A stretch of 64,000 nucleotides of DNA, from assembly GCF_009914755.1 (NCBI RefSeq), contig NC_060944.1. One strand, written 5' to 3'. The position numbers and the translations under genes are program-made. The number at the start of each line of letters is the position of its first letter. Position 1 is the stretch's first letter. Below are positions 45,111-59,299 of the stretch, one piece after another. The stretch comes from the human T2T-CHM13v2.0 reference genome, Homo sapiens. The notes under the pieces are model-generated. The model was given only the letters and a program-made list of their open reading frames with translations, searched no databases and had not been told where the DNA came from.

Positions 45111-45829
45111 AATGAAATATCTATTTTTCTTTTGGTCTTTAAGGGTAAGATACATAAAGCAGGCAATGTGCTAAAATGTACTTCTTTTTCTCTTTAATGC
45201 TAACTTTTGACCTGTAATCTCAGTCACATATACAGAACTAGATTTGACAACCAGGGAACATTCTAGGTTAGTAAAAGTTGGCATGCAACTTCTTTGAAAC
45301 TGAGTTACTTGTTAGATGATGAAAACTTAGAAAAACTCTTTTTCTTTTCTTTTGGGTAGAGCTTTTTGTAGATTGTTTTACAATGTACATGATGGTTTCT
45401 TATTTTTTAAAGCTGGGCTTCATGTATGAATTATCATTTTAATTTATCTAATAGTAACAATTTACTCTAATTGAATCTTTTAATTGAGAAATACCAGGGT
45501 ATTTTACAGGCATTAATTAATGCTTCCTACTTCCCTGTGCGGTAGGTAAATGTTAACCTTGTTTTATAGGTGGAGAACTTAAAGGACACAGTTAAGTGTT
45601 CTGGGGCCACCCAGAAACTCAGCGGGTGGAAGGCCTAGACAACCCATTTTGGTTCTGGACCGATGCTCATTCCCTTGGTTCTCGAGCTAGAATCCAGCCT
45701 TTGCTCTGATTTATGTGGAATAAGAGAACAAGGAAAAAACATGGAGATCTCTTAACTTTTATTCTTTTGCTTTATAAATGAGGACACTGAGTCAGAGAGC
45801 AGTGACGTGAATTCACTATCCATGATAAA

Positions 45830-47030
45830 GTTACTCATTTGTTTACTCATTGAACAAATATTCATGTAGTACCTGTTGCATGGTGTGCATGCTTCTTAAA
45901 TTCTGTAAACACATTGAACAAAACAAGCGAAGTCCTTGTTCTTAAGGAGCTTATGTGACAATGGGAGGAAGACAACAGTCAATAAACAAATAGAAAAATA
46001 ACTGATACTGAATCAGGTTGTAGTGTTAGTCCGTTTTGCATTGCTATAAAGGAATACCTGAGGCTGGGAGATTTATAATGAGAAGAAGTTTATTTGGCTC
46101 ATGGTTCTGCAGGTTATACAGGAAGCATGGTGCCAGCATCTGCTTCTGGTGAGCTCAGCAAACTTTCAGTCGTAGTGGAAGGCAAAGCAGGACCAGACAA
46201 CTCATGGCAAGAGAGGGAGCACAAGAGAGGGGATGAGGTACCAGGATGCTTTTTAGTGATCAGATCTCATTGTAACGAACAGAGTGAGTAACCCTCGATT
46301 ACTGTGGGAGGGGCACCAAGCTACTTATGAGGGATCTTCCCCGATAAGCCAAACACCTCCCAGCAGGCCCCACCTCTAACTGTGGGGAGTCACGTTTTCA
46401 CGTTAGGTTTAGTGGGAACAAATATTGAAACTGTATCAGTTGTAATAAGTGTTTTTTTGGAAAAAAAAAAAAGCCAAAATTAAAAGGCTGCAGAGGAGGT
46501 GCTATGTGTGTAGGGGTGGAGCTGTTGCTGTTTTATATATGATGTGCAACAGAAGTCTCATCTGTAATATCATGTTTCTGTAGAGACATAACATGATGTA
46601 CAAGTCATGCAGGTAGCTGGAGAAAGTTTTTCAAGCAGAGGAATCAGCATGTGCAAAAGGCCTGAGGTAGGAGAATACTTGACTTCTTTGAAAAACAGAA
46701 AGGAGGCTAATTTATCCAAGAGAAGCAAGCAGGTGGAAGAGTCATAAGCAATGAGATCAGAGTAAAAAGGGGGGCAATAGTTTAGAGAACTTTGTAAGCC
46801 ATTGTAAGGACTTCAGCTTTAACCCTGACATGTGAAATCCTGAGAAGATCAGGGCAGAGGAGTGATGTAATCTGACTTACATTGTAGAGGGCTTACCCTG
46901 ACTATTAGGGGGAGACAAGTCCGGGGTGTGTAGAGGAAGTGTGCAAATAGGGAGACCAGTTGAATGTGCAAGACACTATACGGAAATTGAATATTGATCA
47001 AGACTGGTGGTAAGGAATAGGAAAAGCTGT
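45830..47030 (-). mobile_element. L2a remnant split by an MST LTR
   Basis: 3' end CTCATTGAACAAATATTCATG; CAGAGGAATCAGCATGTGCAAAAGGCCTGAGG; GGAGTGATGTAATCTGACTTAC. Confidence 0.75.
46022..46438 (-). mobile_element. MST (MSTB-like) MaLR solo LTR
   Basis: GTTAGTCCGTTTTGCATTGCTATAAAGGAATACCTGAGGCTGGG...AAACTGTATCA; TSD GTTGT at 46017-46021 and 46439-46443. Confidence 0.9.
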
Positions 47031-47399
47031 CATAAAGCTGAATAACCAACCATTGCATTAAATTCCAACTTCAAGGCACAGGCCCTTCTTGTCATGCCAG
47101 GTAGTCAGTAAGTTTCAGAAGGTTTAAAAATACTCCTCCTGGGTGAATAATAGTAAAGGCATCTAAATTTTCTTCAATGAGTGCTCTGCAAGGTACAGCT
47201 GTCAAAAGATAACCAAGGGGCAAGTTGTACCTTAGGCATGGATGCCATGGTCACTAAGATGAGCAGCTTTCTAAGATCCTGCCTCTACAAGTCAAGAATA
47301 AAAGGAAGTAAAGGAGTTGCTGATGGGTTGAATATTCCTGCTTTAGCAAGAACATTATAGGCTGCAGTAATTCTGCTTGTTCTTTGTCATCAGGTATTT

Positions 47400-48030
47400 G
47401 TACTAATTAGGAATACTTTCAGCTGTGTGTAACAGAAGACTCTGACCAATGGTCTTAAGTGATTAACATATGTAATTATTTTACATGCCAAGGAGTCTAG
47501 AGGTTGGTGGAAGAGGATTTGGTGTAGTGGCTCAAAGATAAAAGTCCTGAGCTCTTTATATTTTCCAGTTTAACTATTCTTAGTATGTTGGTTTTTCATC
47601 ATCATGCTGCTTATTTCATAGTCACAAGATGGCTGCTGCAGCTCCAGGCATTACTTCTTCATAGTAGAGTCACATTCAGAAAGGCAGTGGGAGGGGCAAG
47701 ACACACTCTCCTCATTAGACTTGCTATTTTTTTTCCCTTGGAAGAACAGCCCCTAACAGACAACCTCTCACCTCTCACTGGTCAGTAGAGGACTTCAGGA
47801 GATTTCTAGATCCTTTTGCTTTGTTGACAAAGAGCAAAGGATTACCTTGCCTGTTATATAGAGCAATCATGAATCATCTCCTGTGGCTAAGAGGAGGCCA
47901 CATTCCCCAAGATCAAGGTCTCTTTACCTGCTCTTGGACACATCAGGATTCTATTAGCAGGTATGAAGTACACTTGTGTTTGTGGTGAAGGGTAGAGGGA
48001 ATGGGGCAGAAATGACAATTGGGTATGGTA
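47400..48030 (-). mobile_element. MLT1K/J-like MaLR LTR
   Basis: CTTTCAGCTGTGTGTAACAGAAGAC; TCACAAGATGGCTGCTGCAGCTCCAGGCAT; CAGGATTCTATTAGCA. Confidence 0.6.
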
Positions 48031-48409
48031 GTGGCTGAGTGAATACTTTTGAGGGGATAGTTTGGGCTCGTTCTTCTAGACTTCATATTTAAGCTGTGAC
48101 CTAAATCTTTCAAAGGAAAATGAACACAATCTGGTTTGCTGGAGGAACAGAAGTATACCCACAGTGTTGGCAGTGAGGGAACATGAGGTTGACAGCTGGG
48201 CAGGAACCAGATTAAGAGATTGGATCTTATTTTAAGTGCAATGGGGAGCCATTGTAGGTTTTAAGTACAAGAATAATTTATGTTTTAAAAAAGATAGTTC
48301 TGGCTGCTGAGTGGTTAATAGATGGCAAGGAGAGAAGCAGAAAGATGGAATAGAAGGCAATTTCAGGTATCCAGGCAATAGAGGGTGAAGACTGGAGCTA
48401 TGATTCTAT

Positions 48410-48760
48410 GATAGCTAACTTCCATATTTGCCCTCAGTGATTCTCTCCTTTTGGTATTTACACCCTTTGGAAGTCTTCTGCATTTTACCAGGGTTAGTCT
48501 CAATGTAACCAATAGAGTACAGCAGAAGTGATGGTCTGCTGCTTCTGAGACTAGGTTATAAAGGCTATGACTTCCATCTTGGTCTCTCTCTTTCTTGGAT
48601 CTCTTGCTCTGAAAGAAACAAGCTCCTAAGTTTTGAGCTACCTTAAGGAGAGGCCTGTGTGGCAAGGATCAACAGCCAGCAAGAAATGGAGGCCTGCCAA
48701 CAGCTACACAAGTGGCCCCAGAAGTAGACCCTTTTTTCAATAGAGATGACAGTTGGCAAT
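48410..48760 (+). mobile_element. MLT1F-like MaLR LTR fragment
   Basis: GTAACCAATAGAGTACAGCAGAAGTGATGG...CTTCTGAGACTAGGTTATAAA...GGAGAGGCCTGTGTGGCAAGGA. Confidence 0.7.
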
Positions 48761-48823
48761 TGGCTATGATTCCAAAATTATGGGGATAAATTAGGAATGG
48801 AGAAATGGATTTAATAATCACTA

Positions 48824-49137
48824 GGGCCAGGTGTAGAGGCTCATGCCTGTAATCGTAGCACTTTTGGCATCCAAGTGAGGCAGATTGCTTGAGGCTAGGA
48901 GTTCAAGGCCAGCCTGGAAAGTATTGCAACACCCTGTCTCTACAAAAAATAAAAATAAAAATAAATAGGTGTGGTGGCAACTGCTTGTTGTCCTAATTAC
49001 TAGGGAGGCTGAGGTGGAAGAATTGCTTCAGCCCGGAAGTTCGGGGCTGCAGTGAGCTGTGATCGCACCACTACACTCTACCCTGGGCTACAAAGTCAGA
49101 CTCTGCTTCTAAAATAAAAAGAGAGAGAGAGAGAGAA
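48824..49137 (+). mobile_element. AluJ with (GA)n tail
   Basis: Diverged full dimer. Confidence 0.88.
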
Positions 49138-50216
49138 TATCTCAAATATAGGTAGCATTTAAAGCTGTGGAACTGGATGGGATAACCTAAATAAAATTTA
49201 TTGAGAAGAGACAAGACCCAGGGCATGAATGAATGAAATGAATGAATGAAATATGAATATCTACATTAAAACACAATTCCCTTTAAAAATTAGAACACAT
49301 AATGGGAATACATATAGGTGTTAAGTTGTCCATACTGGGAATATTCAATACTGGACATTACTACTGAAGAAAATTTCTTAAACTTCTTTATGATGTGACA
49401 TTTATACACTGAGAGTGTGTGTTAAGGTTGCTGTGGGGACTTTAACTCTTGAACTTCCTGATACTTGGTGTATTTTCATTTTAAACCTTCCTATTCTATC
49501 ACAATAAATTTACAAGTTAAACATGTATAGCTATGCACCGTGGCTTTGAATGTGTCTGAATTTCCAAGGAAACATGCACTATGGTATTGGCTATTTATGA
49601 GTGTGGAGAAATCTAAGGAAACGTATTTTCATTTCTTATTCCTCAGCAAATTACAGCTCGACATGGGCCTTTAAAAAATAGACTTGCTTTACTTCAAACA
49701 ACTTGCTTACCTTGAGGTTTTCTGGGAACGTAGGGCTGTATACTTCTGAGAGCTCTTTCATAAATGATGGGATGTGCTGCAACCTCTCAGCTCCAGGCAC
49801 CTTGAAACAGGCAGGGGGGTTTCTCTTTTGCCTTCCGTGTTTGCTTAAGGGAAACTAAAAGCAATCTTCTATTTGAGGTCAAGTTCTATTACACTGAAAA
49901 CATTTAGTCTTCAACATACACGATTAAGATAGCACATCTGTAGTGGTCACGAGGATACATGCCCAACTTGCCCCATAGAAAGATAGTAAAGGAATCTCTT
50001 GTGTTGGTGGAATAATAGGACTGAAACATATTGAACTTCTTGAAGGGAAAGTATAAGTAGCATCCTCTTCTTTTGCTTTCTGGACACATATTTTCCCATC
50101 TCCAGAAAGACTGAGTCCCCAGGGAATGAAGACTATTGATGTGGCCTTAAGTTTGCAATTTGTGCTTCCCATAAAAATTCCTCCCCCAACTATGTATGTA
50201 TGTCAATCATGATATG

Positions 50217-50235
50217 TCACCAGCAGGTGGCAACA
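50217..50235 (+). promoter_or_regulatory. Candidate CTCF site
   Basis: Core CCAGCAGGTGGCA (50220-50232) fits CCASYAGRKGGCR exactly. Confidence 0.45.
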
Positions 50236-51689
50236 GCGAGTGCAATAGAATGGAAAACCCCAGGTCAGAATCTCTGCAGATCACTAGGAAGGGTAGCATG
50301 CCAGTGTACACAGTGTATGCAGAAGGGAAATGACTGCTATTTATTTTTTTTTAAGTGCTTTACCACTCTGTCCTACCTCTCCAAGAGTCCATTTTCTTTC
50401 TTCCACAAAAATTGATTTAGACCAGAGGTCAATACTCTTATTAATCAGAGGGAGGTCCTTTTAATAGCCTGTAGGTCTTTTCCTCTACATCAGGGACAGG
50501 GAGGTTTGCCCTTGTTTGTTAAAGAGTTCTCATTTTCTGACTTGCCTGCCCCTATGGGCCTCTTAAAGCAACTCTGAAAACAAGTGGCAAAGAATAATTT
50601 TTTACTAGAAGACTTAGCAAGAGCCAACTAATTTGACCCATTAAGTGGGCTATCAGAAAGCTAGGAGGAGATGACAGGGGTTGTTTGCCAATATGAAAGA
50701 AAGAGAGATATCACTGTTTTTTTTTTTCTTTTTTTTTCTTTGTTTGTTTGTTTGTTTGTTTTTTTGTTAAGCTGGCAGCTGCTGTAGTCGGATTCACTGG
50801 CATTGACTGCCACCTGGTTGGGGAGGAGTCCTATATCTTTGCAGATTCCATCTCAGAGATGAGACATTGTCCCCCTGTAATTGCCTTTGTGTAATTTCAG
50901 GACTAGCATCATGATAGATACTATATGGCAGAGCAGGCATGCTTGGGCTTGTCACATGTACAATGAGGGACTAGAGCTGTCTTTCAGGTCCAAGGAGCAA
51001 GGTTATTTGAGGAAAGCTCAGCTGGGAGTGAGTGTTCTTGAGGAAACATCTGCTCCATAGGGATGTAGACCCTTAGAAGAACATCCTTTGCAGGTTGTGC
51101 ATGAGACAAGCCATAAATTAGTAGGATGAGCTCCCCCTGTAGTCTACTCTGAGTACAGAACTACCTTACAGACAATTCAGTTAGGCCTCAGACATCACAG
51201 TGCACCAAGGCAAATAAATCCACAAGTGGGAGGATATGCTTACAGGCACAGCCTTAGTGGGGGAACTGTGAAAATTATCCCTTCATGTTTCTCTGAAAGC
51301 AAGTGTATGAGCATTTTATGGAAACCTAGTGCCTCCCATCCCACTTGGAATCTGAATTGCTTGCAGTTTCCTGAGATGCCACTCCAGCCATCCATGAGGC
51401 CTGTTCTCACTTCACACATACTCTAAGACAAACGACTTGTCATATTATTGAGAAGATGGGAAACTATTTATATTACCACCTAAAGAAAGCGCATTATAAG
51501 AAATCAGGCTATGACTTTGGTTTTGCCGATAGCTGACATTTCAAATTCGGGCAAGTCACAAAAATTTCATTTCCACTTACTTATGTTAAGTAGGGTAATG
51601 ATCCCGCCTTGGAGACCCTATAGAATATTTGATGATAATAATAATAATAACTAAATGATTATCGCTTATTCATGTGCTGATTTCCAGCC

Positions 51690-52225
51690 TGATAGTCAGG
51701 CTCTTCACCCATCTATTTCAGAGAAAAGCCAATATCCTACCACCATCTCCAGGGCCCTATATCATCTGACCCCTTTACTTCTGACCTTGTTTCCTCCTGT
51801 TCTCCTTTTATTCATTCAAACTAAGAAACTAGCTTTCTTGTTATGTCTTGAATACACTAGGGTCTTTGCATTGCCTATGTGCTCTTCCTGGACTGCTCGT
51901 TCTCCAAATATGCAGACGATAGAATTTCTTACCATCTTTCCATCTTTGTTCAAATGCTGCCTTCTTAATTAAGTCTACCTGGCCCACACATTTTACAGTT
52001 CGAACCTGTCCCCAACCAGACTCCTAACCTCTTCATTTTCCACATTCAAAAGCACTTACCTGTTAATTATGATTATTGTTTACTGTCTGTCTCCTCCAAT
52101 TAGAATATAAATTCTTTAAGTACTGGAATTTTTGTTTCGTTGGTTTGTTTTCAATGGAGTATCCAAATACCTTGAAGTGCTTAACATACAAAGGGATTTG
52201 ATTAATATTTGGCAAATGAATGACA
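51690..52225 (+). mobile_element. L2a 3' fragment
   Basis: AGGGTCTTTGCATTGCC; CTGTCTCCTCCAATTAGAATATAAATTC; ends AATATTTGGCAAATGAATGA. Confidence 0.75.
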
Positions 52226-54056
52226 ACACAGCCGTCCTGTTAGGTACACACACAAAAACACACATGTATACATATATTCACACACTCCCACTCTCACATA
52301 CACTTGTATACAGAATTTAGATTTATTTTATAACTTGATGAGGTTGATTAATAACCCATTCTGTGCTCCTATTACAAAAGTAGCACAATTAGAAATATTT
52401 GAATATGTCTTCAGGTGAGTCTGTTAATTTTCTTTTGAATAATTTTAATCAAAAAATATGTTTATATTACAGAAGAAATACACCCTCCTTAGGCATTTTA
52501 AGAGAAAATGCAGTTTTATTGTTTTCAGTGATGTATAATATAAAGTAATAGTAAGGGGGCTACTGAGACACTGCAGATAAACACCCTGCTAGAGCTAGTT
52601 GAATGGATAGATAAGACTCATTTACAATTAACACACTGTTTGTATGCATTTGGGTTGTTGTAAATGTGTTTGAAAACAATTTGTTCTCAAGTAAATTGAA
52701 ACACCGGCTACATTCATTCTTGTTTACATTAATTTTATTGATCTATTTTCTATAGATAATGGGAAAATAAACTGTAGCGACATAGACAAAGCTGTGTTTG
52801 AATTGTCACAAATTACAAATCACAAGGAATCTTAACTGATGAGTTTCTTCCTTGAAAATGTGTTACTCCACAATGTAAACATCAGGTGCTTTGATTGCTT
52901 TTGGCTTACTCATATTCATGCTTCTTTATCCAGGATCCTTCCAAATAAAGCATCCAGAAAATGTTTGAGTCACAAAAATATGGGCTTTGTATTGTTTACA
53001 AAGGAATATTGGTGGTAGAGAGGAGGGATGGATTTCAGTTCTACTTCACTCACCTCACATTTGGTTTAGCGTGTCCTATTTTTGGGCTATCATTACATGA
53101 AGGAAGCCTACCAACTTTTGCCAGGCACTTTACATCTTCCCTTGTTTTGAGTGAGAAGCTCTAGATTCTTCCCCATGTCTTCTACCACAGCTTTAAGATG
53201 GCTATTTGGCTTTGACTGAACACTCCAGCGGAGTCTTATCATTTTCCCAAACAGAGCATTACATGATTGTGTAGTTGTAGATGTTAGAAAGTTCTTCCTC
53301 ACATATAGCTAAAATTTGACTCTTGGGAGGCAGCCTTTGTAGCTAGCTGTAGATCTACCTAGTAATGGAATAAGAGGCTATCTACCTCTTCCTTCCCCCG
53401 CATGTCAAGATCCTTTCTCAAGAAAGCTAAGAGTGGCATTGCTTCTCAGCTTTTTCTTCTCCAGATTAATAAAACTATTTCTTAACTGTTTTTTAAGAAA
53501 GTGAGCATTTATAGGCACACACACACAATAGTTTATATCCCCATTTTTTAGAGGTTAACTGCTTTCCTAGATGTGATCTTGTGCTTTTTGCCGCTTGGAA
53601 GAAATATTTAATTGATAAGAGAGTAAAAGGAAAAATAATTTGCTCTGCAGCGGCTTTTGACTGGATAACTTCTGAGGAACATATATTGTCTGAAAAAGAA
53701 GGCACAAAATTATTTCATGGTGAAGTCTACATAGGGTACACTGGCAATAACTGTTTACCTCTTTCAGGCCAGATTTAGATGTTCTTACTGACATCGTTGG
53801 TCCTCAAAACATCCCTGAGATTGAGCCTTACTTCTATTATTCCAGGAAGGATAATACCAATATACAGATTGACTAACAAACTGTCCACATATTAGACAAA
53901 TCTAGCCAAAAATCAAGTCCAACTCTTTGGTCATAGATGAACACTTGTGAAGGAGGGTAAGTGAAATGCACACACCTACCCATGAAAATGGCATTACTAG
54001 AAGTAATGACAATTTGAAGCCATAATCGTGATGCTTTAGCACTTTCTACTTGATCA

Positions 54057-54375
<319 letters not shown>

Positions 54376-55327
54376 AAGGAGATGTGGAGAGAGTTTGCCA
54401 TCTTTGGCAAAAAGTGAAGATCACTAATTTGGTGATCTTAATTTGATCTCTAAATGTTGTTTTGCTTTGAAAAATAGCTGAACACATAGCAATGTTCAGT
54501 TTAAAAATCATAATTAATGAAATTATGTATCTTTTCTCAGACCCAGATCACAGAATCACTGGGAGGAGATTAAATATTGGGATAGAGCAGAGTAAAAAGA
54601 ACCATGAAGGAAAATCATCTTTAACTTGAAACTAAATTTGGTAACATCTAATATCAAACGGGATTCTTATAGCATGTGGAATTGTTTAGTCACTACCATA
54701 ATCATTTCAAAACCAGATTTTCTGCTTTACTGCTATAGTAGTTCTTGCCTAGCAAATGAGGAGCAGGTCTTGAGTTTCTGGAAACATTCATGCTATTTTA
54801 TAGAACTTCTCACGGACACCTGGAGGGAATGGGATTGTAAATTAATGGTTTACATAGCTGTCACCTGAATTCCTAGAATTGGAACATTTTGACTTCCTTG
54901 ATGAGCTCAGACTTTTGCTTCATGTCACTTATGAACATATTTCCAAAATTTGGAAAATAAATGAGTTTAGTTTCAAAGTTTATAAATTTTTTTTGTGAAT
55001 TTAGAGAGAGAATTAAAGTGGTGGAATACGGTTACAAAGTAATGTTATTAGCTATAATTAATCAGCACGGACAAGTATTGTGTCCTAGGATAAAATTTTA
55101 ATTTGCAAGGTCTCAATTAAGAGTGAATAGAAGCTGTCAGTGAATTTATATATAATTTTGTAAATTCAGTAGATAGCAACCTATGACATTATGCAGATGA
55201 CTGTTTTGCATATTTATTAACTTTTTTCATATTTTCCTTATTGGGAATCAAGAAATTTGTGCATATTAAAGTTACAGAGTGTGCCACATTATGACAAAGA
55301 CTGTGACCTCTTTAAGAAATGTTTCCC

Positions 55328-55616
55328 GGTCGGGTGCATGGCTCACACCTGTAATCCTAGCACTTTGGGAGGCTGAGGTGGGCGGATCACCTGAGGTCAG
55401 GTGTTCGAGACCAGCCTGGCCAACATGGCAAAACCCTGTCTCTACTAAAAATACAAAAATTAGCCAGGCGTGGTGGTGCATGCCTGTAATACCAGTTACT
55501 CAGGAGGCTGAGGCAGGAGAATCACTGAAACCCAGGAGGCGGAGGTTGTAGTGAGCTGAGATTGTACCACTGCACTCCAGCCTCGGCGACAGAGTGAGCC
55601 TCCATCTGAAAAAAAA

Positions 55617-55652
<36 letters not shown>

Positions 55653-55686
55653 AGGAAAGAGAGAAAGAAAGAAAGAAAGAAAGAAA
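55328..55686 (+). mobile_element. AluSx-like with (GAAA)n tail (55619-55686)
   Basis: TSD AAATGTTTCCC at 55317-55327 and 55685-55695. Confidence 0.95.
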
Positions 55687-55949
55687 ATGTTTCCCAGTTT
55701 TTCATGGCCTCTGATGATTTGAACAAAGGCACTTGTTAAATAGAAGATGAGATACACATGACACCTTTGCTCAGAAGTCCTCTCATCTCTCTGTGCCAGA
55801 CAATTTTAAAATAAGATGTGATTTCTTCCCCCTATTCTCAAATAATATATTTGCTATTATGGAAAACATGTTAATTTGTGAAAAGTATTAAAAAAAATCA
55901 GCCTGATCCTATTGCTTAAAACTAGCAATGATAGTTAATTAATTAGTTA

Positions 55950-56245
55950 CTTTATTTACTTTTAAGACAGAATCTCATTGTTGCCCAGGCTGGAGTGCAG
56001 AGGTGTGATCACAGCTCACAGCAGCCTCAACCTCCTGGGCTCAGGTGATCCTCCCACCTCAGCCTCCTGAGTAACTGAGACTCCAGGCACATGCCATCAT
56101 GCCTGGCTAATTTTTTGTAGTTTTTGCAGAGACAGTGTTTCACCATGTTGCTCAGGCTGGTCTTGAACTCCTGAACTCAAGTGCTCCACCTGCCTCAGCC
56201 TCCCAAAGTGCTAGGATTACAGGGTTGAGTTACTGTGGCCAGCCA
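55950..56245 (-). mobile_element. AluJ (Jo-like)
   Basis: CACAGCTCACAGCAGCCTCAACCTCCTGGGCTCAGGTGATCC (J-type). Confidence 0.9.
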
Positions 56246-57336
56246 ACTGTTAATATTTTAATGTTTCTTTCTCATCTTATGTCTACCACTGCATATTATA
56301 GTCTATATTACTTTGTGTTTGACTTTTTACTTCATATTATTGTTTTGTATATTATGAGCTTTGCATATTATGAGCTCTTTCTAAATATATTTTGTCATAT
56401 TCTGACAGGATATTATCAATGGATAACTGATAGCACAAATTACCAAATCTTTCTATAACAACATTGTTTAGAAAAAACATACTTTAGATGTTTTCAGGAA
56501 AAACGTGAAACCTAAAATGCAAAGCTTCATTATTATTGATCACTATTACGAAAATATTAGGTGCCTGTGAAATACTTCCTGACTGCTTGATTTCCCAGCA
56601 CACTGATAACGGTGGTCTAAAACTATTGTTTAGATATTGGGAATAGATTTTTGAAAGCTGGACTTCAGACTGGGAGACTTACTGGAAAATAAAACCACCA
56701 AGAAAAAAACTTTGAAATTTACGAAACTTTCTAAAGAAAAGTTATATATTTTAGATTTTCCTAAGTTAATGTTAGGCCTGAAGGCAAGTTGAAAATGATA
56801 AATTTTTAAGGACCAATTTTTTATACTATGATGTTAAATGAAATAGAAAATATTCCCAATATCTGTAACACACACATACACTGTAGTTTATAGCTAGAAA
56901 GGAAAGATACTATTTTCTAAATAGTCTTTTTGTCTTTTTGATTCTTCTAGGTTCAAAGTTCACACTACAAGATGACAGTCATTTGCATTTCTCTGATTTA
57001 AGTTTTTTTGAAGGGGACGGAGGAAAGGGGGAGTTCGTATTAGCACAGTTTTTTAGTCTATTGAAACTTTTCAATACACTGAAAATGTTTGAGCATAATA
57101 TCCTCACCTTTCAAGATATCACATAACTCTTGCTTATTTAACAGGGAAAAAAAACCCCAAACCCCAAAAAAACCTCTAACCAAACACGAACATGACACTC
57201 TTAGATCAAATTGTGCTCCTGGCTATTTCTGAATAAGTCCAAGTAACACATGGTTAGTGGGATATTTTAGTTGCCGAGATGGCATTCTTTTTGTACCCAG
57301 GGCTTTGAGACTTTTGGATTTTCAAAATTCACCCTT

Positions 57337-57458
57337 GTCAACCTAAATAACAAAGAGAGAGGGTCTCTACAAAGGAAGACGTTTATTTGGAAATACAGCA
57401 TTGTAATGGGAATACACATGTCATAGTGAAGTATATGTGTATTCAGGGAGGTAAAGGC
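57337..57458 (-). mobile_element. ERV1 LTR end fragment (MER31-like)
   Basis: TGTCAACCTAAATAACAAAGAGAGAGGGTCTCT...GCATTGTAATGGGAATAC...TTCAGGGAGGTAAAGG. Confidence 0.6.
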
Positions 57459-57759
57459 TCTGTTTGTCTGTTTCTTAACATTTGTGATTCTATTTTGATA
57501 CTGACAGCTTTTACACCCTGATCATCCTATACCCTAGGGTGATATCCTAGAGCTTCAAATGCACTTTTAAATTAAGCAAGGTGATTAAAAATGTAATAAC
57601 ATAATTGAGAGATAGATAAATTCTTCTTTAGATTTGCAGTTCCGAATAAAGACAGTAGTTATGAGTTCCTACTTAAAAATTTTAGGGTTCACATTGTAAA
57701 AATCTTAGACCTGGAAGGCTTATCGCTGTCTTGTCCCAACCAATCTTTATTTTCCTAAA

Positions 57760-57894
57760 GAGTAAAATCTCCATATGTTCCAGTTTGCCTAGGATAGTCC
57801 CAATTTACGCCTATTGTCCATGTGTAATTATAACAGCACCTTTTATTACTATCAAGAGTTTCTAGCTTAAAGGATTGGTTATATAATCATCTTA
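57760..57894. mobile_element. MER94-like (hAT-Blackjack)
   Basis: CCATATGTTCCAGTTTGCCTAGGATAGTCCCAATTTACGCCTATTGTCC...AATTATAACAGCACC. Confidence 0.65.
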
Positions 57895-58090
57895 CTAATG
57901 AGAGAACCAAACCCCAACCCTTGAAGGGGTTGCACAAGCGTATGAACTAGACCAAACTAGTTTATGGTGAAGTGGAGATGCACTCTCTAAACTTCCAAAC
58001 CAGAGTTTAATTTATTATTAACATTCACGATTTAAGATGAATTGGATGAATGCAAAGCTCGTAAGATTTTTGACCAAACAATGTAGGTAC

Positions 58091-58276
58091 CAGTGGTTCT
58101 CAATTTTCAGCTGGCATTTGAATCACCTGGAGGCCTTGTTAAAACAGATTCCTGGGCCCCAACCCAGAGTTTCTTAATTTGAAGATCTAGGGTGGGACTG
58201 AGAATTTGCATATCTAACAAGCTCCCAGAGATGCTGACGTGGCTTCTACAGGGAGCTCTCACTTTGAGAACCTCTG
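58091..58276 (-). mobile_element. MER5A
   Basis: Near full length with TIRs CAGTGGTTCTCAA...TTGAGAACCTCTG. Confidence 0.88.
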
Positions 58277-59299
58277 TCACAGAATGTTAAGGCAACCTTT
58301 CCGTGCTGTAAAGGCAGACAGAGGTGAGAGCATGCCCTTCCGCAGCTGTAAATGTTCGCCTCTTCTTCTCAATATATAACTTATTTGATATGCACCAGAA
58401 TTTTCTCACAGCAAAAACTAGAGGTGTGAAGTGAAAAATTTGAAATGCAAAATTCACAGAAAAAGGTAGGGTTATGCGGGGTTGGGTTGGTTTTTTTTAT
58501 TAGGGGGTGCAGGGCCATTCTTTGTGGACAACACAGGGAGGCTACAAAACCAAAAGGAAGAAATAGCTTTTACGTGATGATCTAGAAATTTGCTACTCAA
58601 AATATATGAGCCATCAGCATCATCTGGTGATTGCTAGAAATACCGAGATGGGAGACACAAGGCTTCTGTGACAATTTCTTAAATAGATCATGGTTAATTT
58701 GCTGCCGTGAATGTGGAAGGAACTGAGTTACTGAGTTAGAGAGAAGACTTAAGGATTACCTTGATATGGAGGAAGCATTAAGAGAGACTGAACTGCAAAA
58801 ATTCTTTCCCACTGAGATACTAGTTCAGAGATTCTCTGCTTTCAAACCACTATAGAAGTGAGATTAAAGTTTACCATGAATTGATCTGAAATCGTTCTGT
58901 GTTCTAAATGCTTAATAAAATCCTGAACCAGAAATCTGGGTATGGAAAACAAAATTTTCTTCTTTTTTCTCCCCTTTCTTTCATTTGGAGAAATAAGTAG
59001 CTGGAATAGTAGCTTAAGAAAAACCAGCATCACTGCAAGAAAATGGAGGCAGATGAGTTTAGAATCACAAGGAAAGCACCAGGTAGTTCAGGGAAAAGTT
59101 TGTTGCAACAAATGTTTAAGCCTGGGTTAGGGATTGTAGTTGGTTAGAACGAAGTTATATATTGACAAGCAGTACTGAAATCAGATTCACCAGAAGGTTC
59201 TAAAAGCAGAGTTAATAAGGAGAATTTCCAGTAGTGTTATTGAAACTACTTGGAATTTTCTAAGAACAGTTAGGTCTGAAAGAGAAGACCACGGCAGTA

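Noticed and set aside
50804-50822. Third CTCF-like motif (rc CAACCAGGTGGCAG)
   Set aside because: Mismatch at the most conserved C of the core; more likely just an E-box.
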